This document shows, in pieces, positions 53,895 through 64,000 of a stretch of DNA of 64,000 bases (positions are counted from its first letter, which is position 1; each line of letters begins with the position of its first letter). The notes under the pieces are model-generated. The model was not told the DNA's origin. It did no database searches and saw only the letters and a list, made by a program, of their open reading frames with translations. This stretch comes from Octopus sinensis (lineage: Eukaryota). Both the position numbers and the translations under genes were made by a program. The stretch spans positions 56,172,001 to 56,236,000 of the forward strand of contig NC_043001.1 of assembly GCF_006345805.1 (NCBI RefSeq), read 5' to 3'.

Positions 53895-54290
53895 TTGGTT
53901 TCAAATATTGGCATAAGGCTAGCAAGTTTGAGGGATGGATTAAGTCGATTACATCGACCCCACTGCTGAGCAGGTACTTATTTTATCGATCTGAAAGGAT
54001 GAAAGGCAAAGTAGACCTCGGAGGAATTTGGACACCGAACATAAAGACGGACAAAATTTCATATATTAATACATATATTAATACATATAAGGCTGCCAGT
54101 TAGCAGAAAATCGTTAGCATAGTAGCTAAATGCTTAGCAGTATTTCTTCTGACTTTACAGTCTGAGTTCAAATTCCGCCGAAGTCGATTTTACCTTTCAT
54201 CTTTTTGGGGTTAATAAAATAAGTGGTAATTAAATACTGGAATTGTTGTAATCGAATTGCCGCGTACCGAACTTTCTGGTCTTGAAACAT
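53895..54290. mobile_element. Two SINE family A copies, divergent orientation
   Basis: Minus copy ~53895-54050 and plus copy ~54090-54290, both with B-box-derived GGAATTTG/GAGTTCAAATTCC. Confidence 0.85.
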
Positions 54291-54297
54291 ATATATA

Positions 54298-54334
<37 letters not shown>

Positions 54335-54560
54335 CGAAACACGCTGGAGTTGAACTAGGGACAGCTGATGAAGGGGATTTTTCCTTGTGTAGTTGTCTTG
54401 TACTCTGTTTTTTCGTTGTTAAAAAAATGGTCCGTTCCATGCTGTTTTTACTTTTTCGTTTCTCGTTGAGTTCTACGTCTATTTGTGGTGTCCTGTACAC
54501 ACGTATATATATTTATATATGCATGTATATATACATGTAGATGTAGGTACGTACATATAT
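54335..54560 (+). mobile_element. Repeat family P copy
   Basis: CGAAAC...AGGGACAGCTGATGAAGGGGA...GTCCTGTACAC...GTAGGTACGTACATAT, homologous to 51105-51385. Confidence 0.7.
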
Positions 54561-54674
54561 GTTTGTATGTATGCATATATTTTATTTATTACACTATTGT
54601 ATGACTGAGCGCCCTCGCGTCGATTCGATTCGATTCGTTTCGTTTCGTGTCGTTTCTTCTTCTTCTCTAAGCTG

Positions 54675-54721
<47 letters not shown>

Positions 54722-55055
54722 GCGTATGTACGTATATACATATATGAAAATACTTTATGTACCTGTACTATTTAATGTGATACATATATGACAATTAATG
54801 TATATATATATATGATACATATGGGTGCGTCATATATATAAGCGTGTGCGTATATACGTGTTTCATATATATATATACATATAAAACCAGCTTAGAGAAG
54901 AAGAAGAAACGAAACGAAACGAAACGAATCGAATCGAATCGACGCGAGGGCGCTCAGTCATACAATAGTGTAATAAATAAAATATATGCATACATACAAA
55001 CATATATGTACGTACCTACATCTACATGTATATATACATGCATATATAAATATAT
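54507..55055. repeat. Near-perfect ~190-bp inverted repeat with ~165-bp TA-rich spacer
   Basis: 54507-54700 is the reverse complement of ~54865-55055 with about 2 mismatches. Confidence 0.95.
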
Positions 55056-55372
55056 TACATCGTGCGAAAAAAAAAGCGTTTTCATCAGGTGAAATACATG
55101 GATTATACATTTAAAATATTCCAAACGTTACCAGTTTCTGCAACTATACGGTTTCCTGACTAGTAAAAGTCAAAGCAATCGTATGTACAACTAGAATAAT
55201 AATATGTCTGTACATTGGTATGTAGGTACTAGTTCCTATGATATCATAGTATACACGATTTCTTTTGTTTGGCCCGACCCGGTCCTTTAACATTTAAGTA
55301 CCTGATTCATTTGAACCCTGAACTCTTATACTCTTATCTCTCTATGTATGTATGTATGTATATGTATGTATG

Positions 55373-55404
<32 letters not shown>

Positions 55405-55418
55405 TGTATGTATGTATG

Positions 55419-55458
<40 letters not shown>

Positions 55459-56811
55459 GTTAAACTAGCAATGCACCCCGGCGTTGCCCGGGTGTTATGA
55501 CCTACAGCCACATTGTATTATTTGTTCCTTTCTTCTGAGTAGAATCGGCACACAAGGAGTATGAAGCAAACAACTCTTCTTTGTAAACATGCTTTTTAGC
55601 CAGTTTCCGTCTACCAAATTCAGTCACAAGTCTGTGATTGGCTTAGGTCTAGAGTAGAAAACACTTGCCCAAGGCACCATGCGGGGGACTTGAACGTGGA
55701 ACCATGTGTTTGTGAAGCAAAGTTCTCAATGACACAGTCCTTCTTGCACCTAACATGTGTGTGTGTGTATGTGTCCGTGTGTGTTTGTGCGTGTGCTTGT
55801 GTTTACATTTGTTGTTAAATCAAGTATTGTCTCCCACTCTGTCTCAAGACTAGCAGTTCATCAAGGAGAGATCTATAAAATAAATGGCAGATTGAAATAC
55901 GTACCCAGGTCAGTATGATCAATTAAATTTCTGAAGGTGATACCCCATCATGGCGACAGCCAAAAGACTAAGCCTAGTAAAATAATGTTTAAAGACTTAT
56001 TGGTTTCAAATTTAAGGTAATGGATTACTAACCACAAGATAATGAGTTCAAAACTTTGTATTGAATTTCCACTCTATACGATAACATTATATGTACATCT
56101 CAGTGTGCTTGACTTCCAACAATTAACAATTGGAATATGAAGTTGAATGGTTAGCAGTAAGAAAGATGTCCAGATTTCATTAAAAAATTATTGTGCAAAA
56201 TATTCTGAGAAAAAGTAATTTTTCACCACCACAAAATGCGCGCGCACACACATGCACATAAAAATACACGCACACACACACACATGCACACACTCACACA
56301 CACACACACTATCCACAAGATAATCAGTTCAAAAGGTGTCTTTGTGGTAACTTGAGCTACTACAAATAACAGCCCTTTCTCTTAAAACACACCATTTCAT
56401 TAAAAGAAAGACAGATTTACTGTATTTCAGGTAGAAAAATGAAAAAAGAAACTATGCGATGGGTCTGCTACATCAGAGGCAACACTAAATTAAACAAAAC
56501 ACAGACAAACATACTTCACATTAAAAGATTATCTACCAAATAATACATATAAAGTTGACGGTATATCTTCGAAGTTTAATTCCTTGGGAAAACTCCACGT
56601 ATTTTAAGATTACTCAGGTAGAGTTGCCTCCATTAGCTAAAGACCGTAAAATTGTGCGACACAACCTTGTTTTCGGGGTTATTTTTATAGTAAAAAAGAG
56701 TTGCGCAAAAAACATACTTTATTTGGTAGCCGAAAGATTACTGAATCTTTTGATACCTCATACGTCAAAATCGGCAACTCAGTTTTCCAATCCATAAGGA
56801 ACACACACACA

Positions 56812-56849
<38 letters not shown>

Positions 56850-57009
56850 TCTCATATATGTGTGTGCGTGTGTGTGTGTACATATGTATGTACGAATTAA
56901 ATACATGAGCGTGTTAAGATATTAAAAAAATAAATAAATAGAACTCGCTTAGAATATCCGACCAGGAGTTTGCATGAATCTGATCAACCGAAAGTTTATT
57001 GAATTACAG

Positions 57010-57261
57010 CAGTGTTTCTCAGCAGGGATTAACGTGACCCTTGGGGTCCATACAAGATTTTAATGTGCAATAAATTGGTTACATTTCTAAAGTACACAAA
57101 ATATTGCCGCGTACCGAACTTTCTTTTAAATACAATTCCTCATAATATTTAATTATATAAATATAATTGGATTTTTCTAACGATCGAGTGGCTATAGGGG
57201 TCCACCCGAACACAACAGGAATCAAAGAGGTTCATAGGTAAATAATGGCTGGGAACCACTG
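57010..57261. mobile_element. hAT (Charlie-like) MITE
   Basis: Ends CAGTGTTTCTCA / TGGGAACCACTG; TSD not well preserved. Confidence 0.65.
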
Positions 57262-57594
57262 AATGAGAAAGATGTCTGAATATTCCTAAGATACGTGTAC
57301 CCTAGATGTAAACCTGTGGCCGCATAAGTGTGACCTAGTTAGATAATGTCTTTCAATTACAGATACTTTGCATTCGATTAAATTTTATTCAGCTTCCCTG
57401 TAAGTATTGTGTCAAACAGAGGCTATAGAAAATAACATTTACCAAAGATGCCATGCAGAGGAATCGAACATGGACCTTACATTTACGAAGGGAAGTCCAT
57501 ACCTATTTGGCCACACTGCACCTTCCACATATGTATCATATATATATAATATATGCATTATTTTCTCTCTCTCGCCTTCTCTTTCTTTCTCACG

Positions 57595-57624
<30 letters not shown>

Positions 57625-57626
<2 letters not shown>

Positions 57627-57717
57627 TTATTTTATAGAAGGAGCTTCTACAGGACTAGAACTGTTTCATTCAAATGAAACAGTTCTAGTCTGTAGAAGCT
57701 CCTTCTATAAAATAAAT
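57625..57717. repeat. 93-bp hairpin
   Basis: ~45-bp arms, one bulged G, 2-nt centre (CA); adjacent to (TA)n. Confidence 0.95.
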
Positions 57718-57781
57718 TAATTTACTCTGCTATGTATTGAGTACCTTATTTACTGTGGTTACCCCCGACTCAACCGGGACC

Positions 57782-57815
<34 letters not shown>

Positions 57816-57844
57816 TATATATATATATTATTCTTTTATGCTTT

Positions 57845-58047
57845 TATTTTTATTCTTTATTGTTTCATCATTTGATTGCGACCATGCTGGAGCACGCCTT
57901 CAGTCGAACAAATCGACCACAGGACTTATTCTTTGTAAGGCTAGTAGTTATTCTATCAGCCTCTTTTGCCGAACCGCTAAGATACGGGAACGTAAACATA
58001 CCAACATCGGTTGTGAAGCGATGCTGGGGTACAGACACACAAACAAA

Positions 58048-58091
<44 letters not shown>

Positions 58092-58279
58092 ACACACACA
58101 CACAGACACACACATACACACACTACACACATATGACGGGCTTCTAATTTCCGTCTACCAAATCCACTTACAAGGCTTTGATCGACACGAGGCTATAGTA
58201 GAAGACACTTGCCCAAAGTGCTACGCAGTGGGACTGAACCCGGAACCATGTGGTTGGTAAACAAGCTATTTACCACACA
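57845..58279 (-). mobile_element. SINE family B
   Basis: Colinear with 44591-44979. Confidence 0.9.
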
Positions 58280-58289
58280 ATATATATAT

Positions 58290-58652
58290 TGTGTGCACAG
58301 TTTGTGAGAGAACATGCCTTTCTTTTGCTGGGCTTAAATCTCACTTGAGGATCGATGAAAAACGAACGCCCACCAACTATACTGCTTGTATATCTATGTA
58401 CACCTTTCAATGCCGTATATGGCATAAGGCTTGCAATTCTAACAGAGGCCTCAAAAGACATTTTAAGATACACGAAGACCAGAACTTAATTGCCGCTCTT
58501 GCTTGGTCAAATCGGATACTGTGGTCCAATCGGATATGTGGGTGTCTTTTCCATACATTGCCTCGTTTAAAAGGCCACATTAGATGCAATGAAGAATCTA
58601 AGGTGTAGGTACAAGAAGTGGTCAGACTCCGCATAAGGAGTAGACAACCACC
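58290..58652 (+). mobile_element. Probable LINE 3' end encoding three degenerate C2H2-like fingers
   Basis: CTVCERTCLSFAGLKSHLRID / CRIWHKACNSNRGLKRHFKIH / RICGCLFHTLPRLKGHIRC. No TGEKP linkers; short 3' UTR running into (TA)n. Confidence 0.55.
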
Positions 58653-58679
58653 ATATATATATATATATATATATAGGTT

Positions 58680-58855
58680 ACTGCGAAAGGCCTGGTTGGA
58701 GACCCCTTCCGAGTTCTTTTACAAGGCTTAGAAAAACTGAAGGAGCGCTGGAATAAGCGTGTGAATCTGAGAGGGGAATATGTGAATAAAATCATAAACT
58801 GATCATCCTGTAATTTCTTTTACCCAATCCCAGGAACCTTTCAGTACCCCTCGCA
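58680..58855. mobile_element. Mariner-derived MITE (partial)
   Basis: Encodes remnant KLKERWNKRVNLRGEYV (mariner C-terminus); TIR TTCAGTACCCCTCG; reverse complement of the family at 36169. Confidence 0.85.
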
Positions 58856-59076
58856 TCTGTTTGTTTTCTACACCACCTGTCTTCGTCTTTTGTTATTTTC
58901 GTGAATTCTCCCTATATATATAATATATATATATATTATTATATATATATTATATATATATAGATGTACATCTCTCTCTCTCTCTCTATATATATATATA
59001 ATATTATATCTATATATATATATATATATGTATGAATATATATATCCATATATGTGTAGGTGCATATATATATTTG

Positions 59077-59116
<40 letters not shown>

Positions 59117-60973
59117 TGTGTGTGTGTGTGTGTGTGTGTGTGTATAAAGAACCTATTTATATTTATAAACACGTGAAACATTACTGCCATGTTATGCGAA
59201 ATATCCTTTGTGTTTCTGTTTTCCTCACACGCACATAACATACCTATAGACACGCATGCGTACACATATACACACACATAGTATATTATGTTTTTATATA
59301 CTTTATACATACATAAAATGCCTGTTTGTAATATACATTTTATATGTGAAATTTACCACGCTATTTCATGTCCATGCGAGTACGTGCGTGTATGCGTGTT
59401 CGCTTGTGTTTTCGAAAATAACGATTTTTTCTTAAGAAGACTTTTTTTTTTACAAGACTTCAGAGGAATTATTTAGAATTTACTTCACGCCTTGACATCT
59501 CATTAATAGGTTTTTTTGTTCTTGTTATTATTCCATTCCTTCTGGCTTTATAACGTACGTGGCTTGTTTTTTTTTTTCTTTTGTTAAAGTTTGCTGTTAC
59601 ATTGAAATATCTGTGTGCGTGATTGTGTATGAATGTGCGTGTATGTGTGTATGTGATGTCTTTCATGTTGCCTGGATTATCTTTTCTTTAACATTAATCT
59701 TTAAACAATCTGATACACCTCGCACATTTTTAGCCACCACCTCCGCTTTTTACGTTCACTTCTTGGAATTATTATATCAACTCTCTCCTGCATCCTTCTT
59801 CACCACTATTCTCTGAATTGGTTTTTGTATTTCTTTTATCTGATTTGTACTTTTTAAAAGGTCTTTTACAATTTTTTTCATTTTAGGCGTTAAATAGTTC
59901 TTTTTTTCTCCCTCTTCATTATGCGCGCGCGTGTGTGTGCGTGTGTATGCGTGTGTGGTCGCGTGTGTGTGATTGTGTGTGCTTGTGCGTGTGTGTCACT
60001 TTAAACGTCTTTATCTGTAATATCATTGCAGCATGCAAGAAGAAAGTCTTGTCTTATGGATGGCTTATAAATCATGCAATCCTTCACTGAACAGATTTGG
60101 CAGTTTAAAAAAGAATAGATAATTGTAATTTATGTTATTCTTCACAGAAGCGCGTATCCGGGTTTTTTACGGTAAGAGAAAAAATACAAACATAAAAATA
60201 CTGGGAAATATTGCGCAGTTTCTTCCATAAAGCAGTAAAGTTTTTTTGTTGCTTAGATCAGGCCGAACCCTAATGTAACAAATCCGTGATCAACAAAATT
60301 CCAGCCGTGACCACCCTTTTAATATATGTAGGACTACGCTATCTCATGTGTCATTTCAATATTTAAAGCAGTTGGTTGTAGTTTGAACAGTACTGTGTTA
60401 TTTTTTCTCCATGTTCAACATGCTACATATAACTTCAACATGTCGTTCATTTAAATCGTATACATATCATGTGTCCTCGTTCTAGAGAGTGAATCCACAT
60501 GACATGCATATCCATTGCATCACATCCAGAGTTCAGCATTTACATTCACATATCATTAATAAATTTTGGTATACAACTTAATATATGGCTATATGTCTGT
60601 GAGAACCTGGCAGAGTTACTATGTAAGTGGCTCTACTTGTTCAACGTTGAAACCTAATTCTGCCAACTAGCAACTCGGCTTTTTACAGTTTGTCAGGAGA
60701 GTTGGGGAGGAAGGTACATCTTTTAGTCATACTTTTTAAAACAGCTTTATAGAACAACAAAGACAGGCGAAAATGAATTCTTTTGTGTTCACTGGAGTTG
60801 TAAGAAATGGCTGCCAAATTATCCGCAAAAATACACACAGTGTGTCTTAAGAAAGGATTTTCACACTAGATAATGCGGTTCAAGACGCACTGCTTCTAAG
60901 GAAAAGACGGAGTCGTTAAGCCTTGAATGTATTTAAAGTTTATTCAGCCATTATTGTTTATGGTGTCATTATG

Positions 60974-61027
60974 GTGTCATTATGGTTTATCCTTAAGTCA
61001 GTACTTAAGGATAAACCATAATGACAC
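60974..61027. repeat. Perfect 25-bp-arm hairpin
   Basis: GTGTCATTATGGTTTATCCTTAAGT-CAGT-ACTTAAGGATAAACCATAATGACAC. Confidence 0.95.
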
Positions 61028-61059
61028 TACCACCACAAACTAGAGTAGCAGATATTGGT

Positions 61060-61195
61060 TTCAAAACTTGGCTCAGGACCAGCAATTTCAGGAAAGGCGT
61101 ATGAACCGATTACAGCAACGCCAGTGTTCATCTGGTACTTATTTTATCGACCCCCAAAAGGATGATAAGCAATGTCAACTTTGGCGTAATTTGAA
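61060..61195 (-). mobile_element. SINE family A fragment
   Basis: GTACTTATTTTATCGACCCCCAAAAGGATGA...GTCAACTTTGGCGTAATTTGA. Confidence 0.75.
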
Positions 61196-61347
61196 AAAAA
61201 GGAAGGGAGAATGAGAAAGAGAGAAAGTGAGAGAGAGAAAGAGAGAAAAAAGACAGGAGAGCGTGAGATAGAAAAGTAGAGAGAGACAAAAACAGGGAGC
61301 GAGAGAGAAAAGGCAGGGAGAGAAGGAGAGAGCGTGAGAGAGAGAGA

Positions 61348-61425
<78 letters not shown>

Positions 61426-62053
61426 AGGAATAAGGCTTCATGTAGTCGTTCTATTTGTTAGACATGGCAGATAATCTGGCCCCAAGTCCCCAAAGTAACA
61501 TCATTCCGTCTTAAAACTGGCAGGAAATATTGGATAGTGTTTATTTCCAAAGCAGAGTGTTCATAGACGGGATGCATTTGATTGTTGGTTTTCTCTAACC
61601 TCAACAACATAGCACGTCAGTTGACTGGTATTTCAGTAGTAATAGAGATACTGGCCAACGTCTATTTAATTAAAAAATATAATTCAAAGTGTTGATTAGT
61701 CAGAGACGCCATCCGTACGAATGAAAAAGAATAATTAAGAGACGAGATTTTATCATTAGCGATGCTCAGAACTTTTAGGACGTCTCTATCTGTCAGTAAC
61801 CATGGATTTAGCAAACTGCTGGTTTCACACCATTGACATCGGCATCATGGGCTTGAGCCTTCTTTCATCGCTATCATTTTTGTTCCCCTTTCATTATGCC
61901 TGAAGGATACGAGTTCAAAGTACTGAAGTAGTGTTAAACATGTGTGTTTGAGTATGTATATATACATACATACATACATACATGTATGTATGTATGTATG
62001 TATGTATGTATGTAGTATGTATGTATGTATGTATGTATGTATGTATGTATGTG

Positions 62054-62098
<45 letters not shown>

Positions 62099-62119
62099 AT
62101 ATTTATATATATTCCTTTT

Positions 62120-62345
62120 CCTGTTTCACAGTGGCCATTCTGGAGTGCCGCCTTGAAGAATTTTAGTAGAGCGAATCAAGAATCGACCCCAGCAATTACG
62201 TTTTAAAGCCTGTTGAACTTTTTTGCTGAACTGTTGAGTTACAGGGACGTAAACACATCAACACCGGTTGTCAAGCGTTGGTGGGGGCAAACATAGACAC
62301 AAAGGCATACACACAATCAGACACAAAGACACAGATACACACAAA
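62120..62345 (-). mobile_element. SINE family B, 3' part
   Basis: GGGACGTAAACACATCAACACCGGTTGTCAAGCG...ACAAAGACACAG. Confidence 0.8.
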
Positions 62346-64000
62346 CACATATTAGTCCAAGATTCTCTGTGGGTGAAAGGAAGATGTAAGCACATTCAGT
62401 ATAGGCAACAAAAGTACTATTACATTAAAATAGCCGTCTGTTACTTAAAGTAACTACGTCGTTGACTGGTAAGTTACTGCGATATTTGACCAGAGATGGC
62501 ATCTCTTATGAGCATGATATGTTTAATGATACTGCATATATCGGAACGAGACGAAAAGTAGACCCAGTAACGTGGATCACCTCCATAAAAGAATTTGTCT
62601 CTGGAAGAATGCGGCAGTTACGTATACCTATTTTTATCCAGTCAGGTGGTTTTTTGCAATACCAGTGATTATTTTATTCGTCGTTTTGTATACCGTGCAT
62701 GCAGCTGGCTTGCTGCCCGTACATGCCATTGGCAAAGCTCAACTAGACTGAAATATACATGGGATTCTCGTCAGCTGGGACGATATATATTGTGCTTTCA
62801 GACAGCAGATTCATGGGATGTTATCTCCAGACAACTATTACGAGTAACTTGCCTGTAAACGGTTTATGATTCATAGATGGCTATTGAAAGCATGTTCTTT
62901 CTATGTTACTGATCTGCGGAAGAAATAATGAGGCTCTCTTGAAGGGCCGTTCTACGTAACATATATAGTACTATTTTAATGAAAAGTAAATCGATGTGTG
63001 TGTGGGGTATCATTGTTATTAAGCACCAACCATTCAATGTCATTTTTTCATGATTTTTTTCTAAGGTTACGTAATTCAATGTGTATTTTTGTAGACGGTG
63101 GGATGCAGTTCAAGGGAAATTTACTTGCTATGCCAAGCAAGCTGAATGTCCGTGTAGCGGCTCCGCCGTTAACTCATAAGGGAGGTACATGTTACAGAAA
63201 ACCCTATAGGTGAACTGTAGTGGGAGTTTATGACTAAATAATATAGTAAGGTGAAGAAGAATAGTAGAATGTAAGGCACTTGAAGCAATGGATTGCAGAC
63301 GAATAAATTAGTTACGTGATTATGAAAATGGAATAATTATATTCGCATTTCTTACTAGAAATATAAGCTGTTGTACATCAGAAATAGTCACATTAAATAG
63401 TCATATGACATTTGTTGTTTAAAGGCATGTTGTATCTGCTATAACTGTTACTGTTGTTTATACCCAGCTCTGACTCTGTTCAAGTCCTTTTTTCTTGTAT
63501 AAATGCAATATGTAGAACAATAAAAGTGGAGATAGACAGAGTCACACTGTTGGGTAAGTTTTCTTTCGTTGCCTGGTCTATTCTTGTACACCAGTAAATT
63601 ATGACGGACGCCACTGCACATGCAGGCGAAATAGATTTAAATCAGAATACGGCGGCTGCCGTTGCCACGCACATATTATCGTGGGATGCTCGGCAGCCAG
63701 CCATTTCAAACTGATAGACGCAACGGTTTACTATTTAATTATTTATATCAATACGATACTAAGGAACTAAATTATGATTTCAGCCTGAGTGAACAACGAT
63801 CAGTCTAATAGGGGTAATGAGTTCATGTTTTCCAAGAAGAGACAGCATTCAAACGGCTCAAGCGTTTCAATTGATGATCCGATATAAACATATTTAGTGT
63901 CATTTGTTTTGGAATGAAAATCTATAATCATATTTACAAGTATTTATCATCTCTGCTACATACTGTGTAAATCAGCGTAAATAATTTAATATTCGGTTAT

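Noticed and set aside
51105-54400. CTGAAGAAGG/CTGATGAAGG in family P as hammerheads
   Set aside because: No GAAA follows a stem II, and the permuted fold I tried gives a non-cleavable triplet; not called as ribozymes.
58290-58608. Host C2H2 zinc-finger gene exon
   Set aside because: No TGEKP linkers, mutated metal ligands, and a LINE-like tail into (TA)n.
62460-63560. Possible exons near the window end (GTAAGT donors at ~62468 and ~63554)
   Set aside because: Short frames on both strands with no recognisable product.

Overview
AT-rich, microsatellite-saturated eukaryotic DNA. The tRNA-derived SINE families, LINE types and repeat landscape point to an octopus genome, intergenic or deep intronic (inference). 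I could not identify any host protein-coding gene. Almost all ORF-track entries are microsatellite read-throughs or antisense shadows. The only intact gene is a full-length, GC-rich RTE-clade LINE (45814-49604, minus strand, 1054-aa endonuclease-RT-CCHC ORF) inserted in a (TA)n tract, with a candidate HDV-like ribozyme at its 5' end. The rest is transposon debris: three SINE families, a solo LTR, mariner/Tc1/maT and hAT relics and MITEs, RTE, R4/Dong and CR1-like LINE relics, and several Penelope-like (GIY-YIG/RT) relics. The most striking unexplained structure is a set of non-coding fold-back elements. The best one (45020-45697) is a ~337-bp-arm palindrome carrying a minimal hammerhead-ribozyme motif in each arm, one per strand. 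An older one (10330-10939) has the same design, and further hammerhead relics and hairpins are scattered through the window. There is also an unidentified decayed coding stretch (8720-9490) fused to a Penelope fragment, and a 151-bp chimeric templated insertion (35307-35457).
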